Shown: piece by piece, positions 17,791-26,644 of the stretch
How the letters are laid out: every line of letters starts with the position of its first letter
How positions within the stretch are numbered: the first letter of the stretch is position 1
Virus record (IMG/VR): IMGVR_UViG_3300037467_001543
Span: 1 to 42,512 of that record
Direction: 5' to 3' (one strand)
Length of the DNA: 42,512 nt
Origin: a virus
Taxonomy: Duplodnaviria > Caudoviricetes
Translations under genes and position numbers: made by a program
Notes under the pieces: model-generated
The model's input: only the letters and a program-made list of their open reading frames with translations
Told to the model about the DNA's origin: nothing
The model's database searches: none

Positions 17791-17816
17791 GATCGGCTCC
17801 TTGGCCGGGGTTGGTG

Positions 17817-18191
17817 TTACTCGCAAATCTCGACCGAATGATCGGCATCTATGCCGCTGTTCGAGACATACCACTTGTGGACATCTACCCACGCGGGGAG
17901 CTGCGTATCGGCATCAATCTGGTAGACCTGCCGATAGACATGGACCTCGCCCCAGTAGTCTAGGCCGGCGTCGCAAAACTTCTGTCCATACGCAACGGCG
18001 GCATCCTGCGTCGGGAAGTAGCGCGCCACCTCGAAGTCTTCCGGTTCAAGAAGATCATTGATGCTGTCTTCACTTCCTGGCTTCCAACCCTTCTCGCGAG
18101 CGGATGCCTCCACCGCACTGTAAGGCGTAACCCAGCACACAAAGCGCGTGTCTCCAATGTTCGGCTTACGGCGGTTTGGGTGGTTTACCAT
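17817..18191 (-). CDS. Hypothetical protein (MVNHPNRRK N-terminus)
   Basis: AAGGAG RBS before ATG 18191; acidic 124-aa protein. Confidence 0.75.
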   Translation of the reverse strand: MVNHPNRRKPNIGDTRFVCWVTPYSAVEASAREKGWKPGSEDSINDLLEPEDFEVARYFPTQDAAVAYGQKFCDAGLDYWGEVHVYRQVYQIDADTQLPAWVDVHKWYVSNSGIDADHSVEICE

Positions 18192-18265
18192 GTTGCGCTC
18201 CTTGCCCCTGATCCGCGAGGCGCCGGTAACTGGTGTCTGTGTCTCTGCGCCGTTGCTGACGACTG

Positions 18266-18502
18266 TCAGCAAGAGCGCTCGGGTGTCATTGACAAATCCT
18301 GCTGCGCCGCCTTGGCGCGCTGGATGGTCGCGATGTGCGTCTTCTTCCAGAGAAGCCGCCTCGTCTGGTTCCACGAGTAGCAATCGGCGTCAGCAACGGC
18401 GGCTTCTAGCGCCCGCATGTAAGCGGCCTGTGCCTCGCGCGCCCGCTTCTGCTTTTCGGCGGGCGTCAGCGGGCGTTCCGGGTTAAGGCGCGGGGCTGGC
18501 AT
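18266..18502 (-). CDS. Small putative DNA-binding protein
   Basis: RPLTPAEKQKRAR motif common in small phage regulators. Confidence 0.6.
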   Translation of the reverse strand: MPAPRLNPERPLTPAEKQKRAREAQAAYMRALEAAVADADCYSWNQTRRLLWKKTHIATIQRAKAAQQDLSMTPERSC

Positions 18503-18503
18503 T

Positions 18504-18686
18504 TCAGCCCCCCTGCTCAGCTTGCCGGTTCAGTCGGTCCGCCTCGCGCTCCGCTGCCGTCTTGGCGAACCGCCAGTAACCGTGGTCTTTGTTGCGGAAG
18601 GTCGCGACCGTCTCGCCCGCTTCGCTCTTCACCGCGTAACCGTTTTGCTTGCCGGTCTTGGTGGTGGTGGTGGTTGTGTAGAACAT
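18504..18686 (-). CDS. Hypothetical protein
   Basis: AAAGGGA RBS before ATG 18686; upstream TTGATG-N17-TATGTC promoter-like site with an imperfect inverted repeat (18718-18761). Confidence 0.65.
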   Translation of the reverse strand: MFYTTTTTTKTGKQNGYAVKSEAGETVATFRNKDHGYWRFAKTAAEREADRLNRQAEQGG

Positions 18687-18884
18687 TGTCTGGTCCCTTT
18701 CGATGACCAAGACATAGCATCGGTTACGTCACCCATCAAGGGAAAAGTAACGGCACCGATGATTTTTCAGCCGGCGTTATGCAGCTTTCCCGGCGCGCCC
18801 CAAACGTTCGGTTAACGGAAACTCTCATAGTTTGCATATCGGCCCGCGAGGGCGCACGGAACACTGACGGTGGTCGTTGTCCCA

Positions 18885-19070
18885 TCAGTCGTGTCTGACA
18901 TCGGTATCCTCGGTCGGTAGTGGTGACGGCATTGGCTGTGGTCGTAGGAGGCCGATGCACTGCCAGTTGGCGGGGTGACGTTCCCAGCAGAGAGGGCAAA
19001 GGCCGGTAGGAGCCCAAGGCAGTCCGGTCTGCTTAGCGGTCACCATTGATTCAGGCTTTGTTGGTGACAT
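18885..19070 (-). CDS. Hypothetical protein
   Basis: Overlaps the upstream gene; CPLCWERH motif. Confidence 0.4.
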   Translation of the reverse strand: MSPTKPESMVTAKQTGLPWAPTGLCPLCWERHPANWQCIGLLRPQPMPSPLPTEDTDVRHD

Positions 19071-19266
19071 TGGCTTTTTCCAACTCGATCAGGGTCCGCG
19101 TATAAGCAGCGGCATCGAGCAACTCCTCGTAAAGATGTTGCAACCATTCTGCACGCGACAGGTCCGTGCGCGACAACGGGACGCCATACTTCTTAAGGCC
19201 GCGCTCTGCACGCGCGAGCACGTCGGCAGCAACCGCCGTGGCGATGGGGCAGACGGAGGCGCTCAC
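19051..19266 (-). CDS. Small all-alpha protein, MazG-like nucleotide pyrophosphohydrolase-type motif
   Basis: R..RGLKKYG..L.RTDL...WLQHLYEELLDAAAY (EExxD). Confidence 0.6.
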   Translation of the reverse strand: MSASVCPIATAVAADVLARAERGLKKYGVPLSRTDLSRAEWLQHLYEELLDAAAYTRTLIELEKANVTNKA

Positions 19267-19460
19267 GTCCCCTGCTCGATCCCGTCGGCGACGTGCCGCA
19301 GCAGCTCCGGCAGGTGCGCCCGCAGATCCTCGCCCACAGCCTGCACGCTAAACCCGCTGCCCAAGTCACCCTGCAGCACGATCAGCACGACCGCCCGAGC
19401 GCCCGCCGCCTCACGCGCTGCGGTGCAGATGTCGTCGTATTTGCCTGGGCCTTCCGCCAT
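19263..19460 (-). CDS. Conserved phage hypothetical protein
   Basis: GPGKYDDICT...GSGFSVQA; GAGG RBS. Confidence 0.7.
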   Translation of the reverse strand: MAEGPGKYDDICTAAREAAGARAVVLIVLQGDLGSGFSVQAVGEDLRAHLPELLRHVADGIEQGT

Positions 19461-19466
19461 GCCGCC

Positions 19467-19691
19467 TCACATCGGTTTATCCCAGCCCGGCAGGATATAC
19501 GGACTCGCCGGCCGCCAGTATGGGGTCGGGTGCATGTGCGTCAACGCGCCCCAGATCCACAGCGATATCGCGACGCTGCAGGCCAAAAACAGCACCGTCG
19601 CCAGGCCGACGCTCCCGCCGTAGCGGGTGGCGTGGAGCCCGGCCAGCAGCACCGCGATCAATGGAAGGAATACGCCGGCCAGGAACCACAC
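19467..19691 (-). CDS. Small membrane protein (2 TM)
   Basis: GTG 19691 overlaps the upstream stop; two hydrophobic segments. Confidence 0.55.
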   Translation of the reverse strand: MWFLAGVFLPLIAVLLAGLHATRYGGSVGLATVLFLACSVAISLWIWGALTHMHPTPYWRPASPYILPGWDKPM

Positions 19692-19858
19692 TACGGGAAC
19701 GGCGCATGCCAGGGGATGGCGAACCAGACCAGCACGACGATCAGCAGGATCATAAACGCCCCCACAGGCCACGCCGGGCCGCCATACCGGCTATAGCCCC
19801 AATACCCGCCCCCGGACAGCACCAGCACCAGCAGCAGCAGCACGATCAGCGTGAGCAT
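19691..19858 (-). CDS. Small 2-TM membrane protein, DUF3309-like (55 aa)
   Basis: Strong GGAGGGG RBS; MLTLIVLLLLVLVLSGGGYWGYSRYGG...ILLIVVLVWF. Below the ORF-track size cutoff. Confidence 0.7.
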   Translation of the reverse strand: MLTLIVLLLLVLVLSGGGYWGYSRYGGPAWPVGAFMILLIVVLVWFAIPWHAPFP

Positions 19859-19916
19859 ATTCCCCTCCCCTGTCAGACACCTTGTCAGCCGCCGTCAGAC
19901 ATGGCACCGTTACGCC

Positions 19917-20330
19917 ATGGCAAAAGACGACGACCGAAAAACCATCCGCGGCGTGCCCGACTACGAATGGTCGCAGGCCGTCGCCTCTGCCGGACGGCAC
20001 AGCCAGTCGGTCGGCGAATGGATCACCGAGGCGATCCGCGAAAAGCTTGCGCGCGAGCACGAGCCGATCGACGCGACGCCTGCCCAGGTCAGCGCCTGGC
20101 GCCTGTCGATCGTCGAGCTGCATGCGCTCTGGGAGACGCACCGCTGGGCCGCCGAAACCCGCCGCGGTCGCTACAAAGGCAGGATCCCCGACAAAGCGCT
20201 GGCCCGGCTCAAGCCGGCGCTGGAGGCCGCCATGGACCCGCTGCCGGTGCGTCAGACAAAACGTCTGACGGCGTCGGACACGCCCCCTGGCGCCCGCGAT
20301 GCCGGTGCTGTAGAACCGACCAGCTGTTGA
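19917..20330 (+). CDS. Ribbon-helix-helix DNA-binding protein
   Basis: KTIRGVPDYEWSQAVASA....SVGEWITEAIREKL; ATG 19917; GTCAGAC repeats upstream. Confidence 0.7.
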   Translation: MAKDDDRKTIRGVPDYEWSQAVASAGRHSQSVGEWITEAIREKLAREHEPIDATPAQVSAWRLSIVELHALWETHRWAAETRRGRYKGRIPDKALARLKPALEAAMDPLPVRQTKRLTASDTPPGARDAGAVEPTSC

Positions 20331-20343
20331 CATATCTGGACCC

Positions 20344-20369
20344 TGGCGGGCTTCGGCCCGCCATTTTTT
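20344..20369 (+). terminator. Rho-independent terminator
   Basis: TGGCGGGC-TTCG-GCCCGCCA-TTTTTT between convergent genes. Confidence 0.85.
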
Positions 20370-20698
20370 CAGCGTCGCGCCGGCCGGTCACTCAGCAGCT
20401 GCAGCCGCGTTTCCGTGACCGCGATCCTGGCCTCGGCCCGGTCGACGTCGCGGCGCAGCGCCTCCAGGTTATCCCTGCCGGTGTTCAGCCGGCCATCGAC
20501 GCTCACCATGTCGGCGTGCAGGCCGGCGACCTGCCGCTCGAGGTCGACCAGCCGGTGCTGCGTGTCCGATACCAGCCGCCCGGCGGCGAACAGCCCGCCA
20601 GCTGTGCCGGTCAGGATCCCGACAAGGAACGCGACCACCGCCAGGTTGCCCGACAGCCAGTGCCAGGCGTGGCCGACCTCGGCGCCGTCGTCAGCCAC
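20369..20698 (-). CDS. Membrane-anchored coiled-coil protein (possible holin/lysis accessory)
   Basis: One TM segment followed by a heptad coiled coil; downstream of the RlpA-like gene. Confidence 0.55.
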   Translation of the reverse strand: MADDGAEVGHAWHWLSGNLAVVAFLVGILTGTAGGLFAAGRLVSDTQHRLVDLERQVAGLHADMVSVDGRLNTGRDNLEALRRDVDRAEARIAVTETRLQLLSDRPARR

Positions 20699-20885
20699 CG
20701 CGCGCCAGGTAGGGCCAGGGGATCGGTTGTCGATGACGGTCCATGTGGTCCGCCATCTCGCGCAGCTGCGCCGCGGAGAACTCCCCGTCCAAGATCGCGA
20801 CCGTCTCGCCGGGGATCCATGACACCAGCGGATAGAGGCTCGCCAGGCCGCCGTCGCGGCGCGTGAACCGGCGGATCAGCGACAT
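20691..20885 (-). CDS. Hypothetical protein (64 aa)
   Basis: ATG 20885 overlaps the end of the RlpA-like gene; LDGEFSAAQLREMADHM. Confidence 0.6.
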   Translation of the reverse strand: MSLIRRFTRRDGGLASLYPLVSWIPGETVAILDGEFSAAQLREMADHMDRHRQPIPWPYLARGG

Positions 20886-21241
20886 TGCAGCACCCGCCAG
20901 CCGATCACCTGCGCCCGCACCTTGGCCACGCCGACGTCGATCATGTCCAGCCGCTCGGCCGCGCCAAGCGAAAGATCGAGCTGCCGGCCACGGATGTATG
21001 GACCTCTGTCGTTGACCGTCACCACCACCGCCCGCTCGCCGCGCGACACCAGCAGCACCGTCCCAAGCGGCAGGATCCTGTGCGCCGCCGTCAGCGCCGC
21101 GGCATGGAACGCGCACCCCGACGCCGTCGCCCTGCCCTCCTCGTGCGCGCCATACCAGCTGGCCGTGAGCGTGCTGTCGGCACGCAGCACCGGCATCGCC
21201 GCCAACAGCGACAGGGGGACCAGGATTTTGGGGGACGGCAC
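20876..21241 (-). CDS. rlpA: RlpA-like (DPBB) lytic transglycosylase with signal-like N-terminus
   Basis: ASWYG...TASG...LTAAHR.LPLGT...VNDRGPY..GRQLDLS..AA. Confidence 0.9.
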   Translation of the reverse strand: MPSPKILVPLSLLAAMPVLRADSTLTASWYGAHEEGRATASGCAFHAAALTAAHRILPLGTVLLVSRGERAVVVTVNDRGPYIRGRQLDLSLGAAERLDMIDVGVAKVRAQVIGWRVLQCR

Positions 21242-21278
21242 GGCAGCACCTCACGGGTCCGTGATACTCCGTTCGGGC

Positions 21279-21308
21279 TAGACAATGCAGCATCGGATCG
21301 ATTACAGT
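21279..21308 (+). promoter_or_regulatory. Putative sigma70 promoter upstream of the repeat array
   Basis: TAGACA-N18-TACAGT; same -10 hexamer as the site at 16767. Confidence 0.4.
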
Positions 21309-21406
21309 CTGTGTCGCCGGTCTATAGGGTCGGTAGCTATCGGCCGCAGTGCCTCGTCGTCGGTCTGTAACCGGAGACAGCGGTCGGGACACGCGGCGCG
21401 TGTGGC

Positions 21407-21571
21407 GCACGGACTAGCGCGAGGGCGCGTGTGGGCGCGTGCCGCTCTGCCAGTGAGGGCAGGAGGTCTGCCGTCGCGCCTCGCGCGCGGGCGCGTGTGG
21501 GCACAAGACGATCAGCGATCAGGCGGTGGCGGCGCGCAGTCGCGCCTCGCGCGCGGGCGCGTGTGGGCACA
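21407..21571 (+). CRISPR. CRISPR-like mini-array (2 identical 33-bp repeats plus 1 degenerate, period 66 bp)
   Basis: GTCGCGCCTCGCGCGCGGGCGCGTGTGGGCACA at 21473 and 21539, with a degenerate copy at 21407; unrelated 33-34-nt spacers; 7-bp hairpin as in type I-C repeats but a non-canonical 3' end; no cas genes. Confidence 0.4.
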
Positions 21572-21607
21572 CAAGGAGCTAGACTGTAGGAAACGTGGGG
21601 TGCGGAA

Positions 21608-21826
21608 ATGCTACACATCGCTGCCGGGGTCGGCCTCGGCATATTCGTGGGCGTCATGTTGCTGAACAGCTGGGCCAGCTGGACGACCCGCCGCCAGGTC
21701 AGGCGCCAAATGCGGGCGTGGCGGACGCCAGAGCCGCCGAGGCCGCTCTATCAGCGCGCCGCCGGCTGGGCCGCCTACACGGTGATCGGTGTAACCGTCG
21801 TGGTGGTGATCGCAACCGTCGTCTAG
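21608..21826 (+). CDS. Small 2-TM membrane protein
   Basis: Two hydrophobic helices; converges on the ejection gene. Confidence 0.6.
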   Translation: MLHIAAGVGLGIFVGVMLLNSWASWTTRRQVRRQMRAWRTPEPPRPLYQRAAGWAAYTVIGVTVVVVIATVV

Positions 21827-24276
21827 GGCGCGCCAGTCGCCCCGGCGTTGGTCTGCAGCAGCTGCTCCTTGCGGTCGGCAATGGCGCGCTCGACCTTGCG
21901 CAGCGCAGCCGCCCGCTTGGCTGGCAGGTAGACGTTGGAGTAGGCGCCGAGCGCGGCATTGCCGAGGCCTGCCGCCGGGCTCATGCCGATGCCGACATGC
22001 AGCCCCATGTTGGCCGCGCCGCGCACCGCGACGCCGAGCGGCGTTTCCGGCTGCGGCGCGCCGCGCTGGATCTGCTGGAACGTGTCCGACCCCTTCACCT
22101 TGGCCATCCGGTCCTGCAGGTCCAACGCCGCCAGCTCGTTGCGCACGGCAATGACGTTGTTCACCTGCTCCTCGGTTAGGTTCTTGGCCGGATGGATCCC
22201 GCGCACGCTCTGGCCCTGATAGATGTCGTCGAGCATCTTCTGCACCTTGGACAACTGCAGCTGCCCGCCCTGTCCGGTCAGCTTGCCCGACCCGGTCTGA
22301 TAGCGCTGCAGGAACTCCATCTGGTTGATCGGGATCGACGCGGCGCGATACGCCGGTAGATACACACTGCCATACGTCGGCGCGCCCTCGGTGATGGTGC
22401 GGTCGAGCGTCGGCAGCAGCCCCTCGAGGATGTCCTTGGCCAGCCGGATCGCCGCCGCCTCATCACCCGACCCGCGGCCCTTTTTCAGGTAGTCGGTGAT
22501 GTTCTGCCGGACCCCGTAAAGCAGGCTCGGCGCCTCCTCGAGGTTGCCGTCGCGATCGAACAGCCCGGCGCGGATCCGCTGCAGGATCGGCCGCACCGCA
22601 TCGCGCTTGCCGATGTCCGACTGCAGCGCCTGGTCGATCTCGCGCAGCGTGTCGGCCGCCGATACCGGCTGCTCGTTGTCGAAAACATGCAGCGGGCCAG
22701 GCCGGACGTTCTCTCGGTCCTGGTAGGCGCGATCGAGGGCAATGTCGTCGCGCGCGTCGTTGCGCAGCAGGTCGACCATGATGTTGTTGTTTTCGCGCTC
22801 GATCGCCTCGGCGCGCTGCCGATAGGCCGTGTCCCCTGCGCGGGCCACCTTGTCGTCGAGCGCATGCGGCTGGTTGAAATCGCGCGCCGCCAGCAGCCGC
22901 TGCACGCCCGGGACATAGACGGTGTTGTCGACCATGCCTGGCCCGGCGCGGTCGGTCGCGCTCTGGTTCACCGTCGTCTCGAGGTCGCGCAGCGCCTCGG
23001 CGCGGGTCTTTGGCGGGATCGGCTCGCTGGTCGCCTCGGCGCCGCCCGCCTGCGGCCGCGGCGGTCCACCGGCCGGCGGCACCACCTCGCCCTCGATCGT
23101 CGGCGGCCCCATGCCGGGTCGTGGGCCTGCCGCCGGCAGCGCGCGGCCCGCAGCCGGCACCGGCACCCCTTCAGTCGCCCGCGGCACGCCAGGCACACTG
23201 CCCAGCAGCCCGGTCGCCAGCAGGTTGCCGGCCGTCTCAACGCCAGGCTGCGCCCATTCCGGCACCGATTGGCCGAGCAAATGGCCGACACCAGCACCGC
23301 TCGCGCCGGCCAGTGCCAGCGCCGGACCACCGCCGCCGACCGCCATCTGCGCGCCGCCCGCCGCCATCTTGCGCGCGAGTTGCTCGTTATCCGTCGTCGC
23401 CGGCACGTCCGACGGCGCCGCGCTCTGGCTGCCCGGCAGGTGATAGCCCAGCCAGTTAATGCCGGCGCTGGCCGGCGCACCGACGCCCTGGTCCTCGAGG
23501 AGGTAGCGGCGCAGCTCGTCGGGTATGCCGGGATAGCCCATCGCGCGGCGCACCGCATCGACCGCGGTCACGCCGCCGGTCACCGCCAGCTTGCCGAGCG
23601 CCGCCCCGGGCGAGGCCAGGAAATCGCCCATGCCGCCGACGCCCTCGAGCACGCCGGCCGCCACGTTGCGTGCCACGCCCCGCGCATCCGCCACGACCTT
23701 GTCGGGGGTGTCAGACGGTTTGTCTGACGGTGTCGGCGCGGCCGGCGCCTGGCCGTAGCCCAGGCCTTTCAGCTTGGCCTGCAGATCCTCGACCGACGGC
23801 GCCGGCAACTGGGTGCGCGTCTCTGCACCTAGTTGCGGCCCGGCCGCAGCAGGCGCCCCGCCGCCCAGCCGGCCCAGCCTGGCCTTGAGGTCGTCCACCG
23901 ACGGCGCATCGCCGCCGGCCGCCATCGCCTGGCCGCCGATCGACGTGACTTTGCCGGCATAGCCGGGATCCGCGGTGTTGTAGCCGCCCCGCACCAGCGC
24001 CTGCGCCTGCGCGCCGGCATCGCCACCCCGCGGCACCCCGGCATAGCGCTGGCTGTTCACAAGTGAAACGAACGCCTGGGCCGCATCGCTCACCGACGGG
24101 AACGACGCCACCCGACCCCCGGGGCTGATGCCGAACACGTTGTTGCCGCTGATATGCTCGCCCCAGCCGGTTTCCTGGCCGATGATGCCGAGAACCACGC
24201 CCGGCGCCAGCCCGGTCGCCTTGCTGACGTCCTGCGCCAGCGGGCCGTAGGTGGTGGCAAAATCCCCCTGGTTCAT
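21823..24276 (-). CDS. DNA ejection protein with N-terminal GH73/FlgJ-like muramidase
   Basis: GQETGWG...NNVFGI...F.SVSDA...RY...GGYNTADPGYAGKV; last of three ejection-type genes. Confidence 0.82.
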   Translation of the reverse strand: MNQGDFATTYGPLAQDVSKATGLAPGVVLGIIGQETGWGEHISGNNVFGISPGGRVASFPSVSDAAQAFVSLVNSQRYAGVPRGGDAGAQAQALVRGGYNTADPGYAGKVTSIGGQAMAAGGDAPSVDDLKARLGRLGGGAPAAAGPQLGAETRTQLPAPSVEDLQAKLKGLGYGQAPAAPTPSDKPSDTPDKVVADARGVARNVAAGVLEGVGGMGDFLASPGAALGKLAVTGGVTAVDAVRRAMGYPGIPDELRRYLLEDQGVGAPASAGINWLGYHLPGSQSAAPSDVPATTDNEQLARKMAAGGAQMAVGGGGPALALAGASGAGVGHLLGQSVPEWAQPGVETAGNLLATGLLGSVPGVPRATEGVPVPAAGRALPAAGPRPGMGPPTIEGEVVPPAGGPPRPQAGGAEATSEPIPPKTRAEALRDLETTVNQSATDRAGPGMVDNTVYVPGVQRLLAARDFNQPHALDDKVARAGDTAYRQRAEAIERENNNIMVDLLRNDARDDIALDRAYQDRENVRPGPLHVFDNEQPVSAADTLREIDQALQSDIGKRDAVRPILQRIRAGLFDRDGNLEEAPSLLYGVRQNITDYLKKGRGSGDEAAAIRLAKDILEGLLPTLDRTITEGAPTYGSVYLPAYRAASIPINQMEFLQRYQTGSGKLTGQGGQLQLSKVQKMLDDIYQGQSVRGIHPAKNLTEEQVNNVIAVRNELAALDLQDRMAKVKGSDTFQQIQRGAPQPETPLGVAVRGAANMGLHVGIGMSPAAGLGNAALGAYSNVYLPAKRAAALRKVERAIADRKEQLLQTNAGATGAP

Positions 24277-25838
24277 CAGTGCATGCCCGGCAGGTTCATC
24301 ACGTCGCCATTCTTCTCGATCACGTCGAGCGAGCGACCGAACGCCGCCCGCTCAGATGGCGACATGCCCTGCAGCACCTTGGTGCGCTTCGCGTCGTCCA
24401 GCATGTCGACCACGAACGCCCGCGGGTCATGCGACGTCTGCCAGTCAGACAGGAACGACGACCACTTAGCCGGCGGCAGGCCCTGCGCCCGGAAATCCAG
24501 CATCGCCGCCTGGCGGTAGCGCTCGAGCGCGATCATCGCCGACAGCACATCCTTGTTCGCCAAGGTCGAGATGTGCGTGTTCGGGTTGCCTGACAGCGCC
24601 GACGCCAGTCGAGCGTCAGAACCGCTGCCCATTTTATTGACATACTGCGTCATATACTTTTGCAGTTCTTGGTATTTGTCGACGGCGCCGACCTCCTGCG
24701 GGTTGACCCCGAACGTCGTCGCCCGCGCCTGTAGGAACGCCTTCACATTGTTAAACCACTGCGTGCCAGGCCCGGTCTGCACGCCCGGATCCTTCATTAA
24801 GCTCCAGGCCTGGGCCAGCGGGAACACCCGGTCGTTGTAGGTGCCGGACGCTGCCAGGTCGTCGGTGTAGGCCCTGGCGCTGGCCTCCTGTGTCGGCACA
24901 TCCCCCGGCGCCGGCCCGCTCGTCGTCGTCAGCTGCGGCCTGGCCGGTCCCGGCTGCGCCGCCGGGTTAAGCCGCGGCGGATTGGCCGGCGAGGGGTTGG
25001 ATTGCGGCCCCGGCAGCCCGCCCGTCGGCTGGCCGCCCTGCGGCGTCACCAGGTGACCGAGCCCGCGTTGCGTCATGTATTCGCCGAGCGTCGTCTGCAC
25101 CTCCTTGCCGCTGCCGTCGATGTATTTGATCGGCTGCCCAGCCACGTCCGGCCCGATGCCCAGCTGCGCGCCAGGCTGCGGCGGCGTCGTCACGCCGTAG
25201 CCCTCGCTCGCCGGACGGGTGACCGCCGACTGCGCCACGCCGCCAGGCCCGGTGATCGTCTGCGGCGTGCCGTAGACCTGGCCCTGCTGCATGTCGGGCG
25301 GCAACAGCGCCACGCGCATCTGCTCGAGCCGCGCCCGCAGCTGCCCCTCGTCGTTCGGCAGCATCGACAGCGCCCGCAGCGCGCGCGATTGCGGCAGCAC
25401 TCCCTGGTTAATCAGCATCGCCGTCTGCGCCGCCACGGCATCGTGGAGCTGGCCAGGTGGCGCCTTGAGCGCACCGGTCAGCGCGCCGACCAGGGCGGCG
25501 TTGCCGCGCATGCCCTGGTCCTGCAGCGCACCACCGACGCGCGTCGCACTCTCGACACCAGCGCCAACCGCCAGCGACGCATCCGGCCCCGCCGCCACGA
25601 GATTGCGCTGGAATTTTGCGGGATCGAAATTGCCCTCGCTGTCGATCGCGCCCTGATACGCCTCCCCGGCCAGCTGCTTGGCCTGCGCCTCTCTGAGGCC
25701 CCACGCGCCTGCGCCGACCTGCTGCGCACGCCCCAGCGCACTGAGATAATCGAACTGCGGCGGCACGGCACCGCCCGCGATCTTGTCGAGCAGGCTGCCG
25801 CGGGACAGGGCGGATGTGAGGGCGAGGGTGTCGCTCAT
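24276..25838 (-). CDS. DNA ejection (internal virion) protein, gp20-position
   Basis: Ala/Gly/Gln-rich, 520 aa, between the gp7-like and muramidase-bearing genes. Confidence 0.7.
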   Translation of the reverse strand: MSDTLALTSALSRGSLLDKIAGGAVPPQFDYLSALGRAQQVGAGAWGLREAQAKQLAGEAYQGAIDSEGNFDPAKFQRNLVAAGPDASLAVGAGVESATRVGGALQDQGMRGNAALVGALTGALKAPPGQLHDAVAAQTAMLINQGVLPQSRALRALSMLPNDEGQLRARLEQMRVALLPPDMQQGQVYGTPQTITGPGGVAQSAVTRPASEGYGVTTPPQPGAQLGIGPDVAGQPIKYIDGSGKEVQTTLGEYMTQRGLGHLVTPQGGQPTGGLPGPQSNPSPANPPRLNPAAQPGPARPQLTTTSGPAPGDVPTQEASARAYTDDLAASGTYNDRVFPLAQAWSLMKDPGVQTGPGTQWFNNVKAFLQARATTFGVNPQEVGAVDKYQELQKYMTQYVNKMGSGSDARLASALSGNPNTHISTLANKDVLSAMIALERYRQAAMLDFRAQGLPPAKWSSFLSDWQTSHDPRAFVVDMLDDAKRTKVLQGMSPSERAAFGRSLDVIEKNGDVMNLPGMH

Positions 25839-26644
25839 GTGGTGTAGCCTCCGCTTTGCAGCGGGATCCCGGGATCAAATGCGCCGCCGCCGGTATAGCC
25901 GCCCGTTCCACCGCCACCGCCCGGCAGGTATTTCTGCGCGAGCTGGTAGCCCAGATAGTTGTTGATGCCGCTGTTGACGGCGTTGCCGATGCTGTTAGCG
26001 CCGCCCAGCGCGCCGGCCGCCTGTGCCGTGCCGGCCGCCGTCGTCGCCGACGCCGCGGTGTTGGCCGCATTCGCCCCCACCGCGCCCGTGCCGGCTGCTG
26101 CACTCTCGCCCAGCTGCCCGACACCGGCCAGGCGGCTGTATCGGTTCTGGACGTTGCCCTGCTGTGCGGTGTTCAACTGCAGCAGGTCGGCGAACCGTTT
26201 TTCGTAGTTGCTGTCTGCAAGGCCGGTCGCGAACGTGGCCGCGCCTTTCAGCGCCGCGCCGCTGACGCCGAGCCCGCGCGCCGCCGCCGCCGATTGCGTG
26301 GCTTTGAGGCCTTGTTGCAGCTGAAACTGATACCCCGGCGTGCGCTCGAGCGCCGCCTGCATGTCCGGCCCGGATCCGAGCGCTGCCGCCTGGCTGACAT
26401 AGTCCGGCCCGCCACCCGTGCGCGTCAGCGCCGCATCCGTCAGCGCCGGCAGGATGTTCTGCCCGGTCTGCGTGAACGGCAGCAGGTCGCCGCGCGTCGT
26501 CTGATATTGCTGCTCAGCGATCCGTGCCGCCTCGCGCGAGGCATCCGCTGCCTTGTTGCCCGCGGTCATCGAGCCCAGCAACCCGGCGCCGCCGGAAATC
26601 GCCGAACCGGCAACGATCGCAGCCGGGAGTGAAATGCTACCCAT
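25835..26644 (-). CDS. DNA ejection protein, P22 gp7-like
   Basis: Gly/Ala-rich N-terminus; PGYQFQLQQG...SAAAARG...SGAALK; ATG 26644. Confidence 0.82.
   Translation of the reverse strand: MGSISLPAAIVAGSAISGGAGLLGSMTAGNKAADASREAARIAEQQYQTTRGDLLPFTQTGQNILPALTDAALTRTGGGPDYVSQAAALGSGPDMQAALERTPGYQFQLQQGLKATQSAAAARGLGVSGAALKGAATFATGLADSNYEKRFADLLQLNTAQQGNVQNRYSRLAGVGQLGESAAAGTGAVGANAANTAASATTAAGTAQAAGALGGANSIGNAVNSGINNYLGYQLAQKYLPGGGGGTGGYTGGGAFDPGIPLQSGGYTT

Noticed and set aside
24512-24523. GGCGGTAG ops-like sequences (also near 1705)
   Set aside because: They are on the wrong strand for the late operon, lie inside coding regions, and are expected by chance at this GC content.
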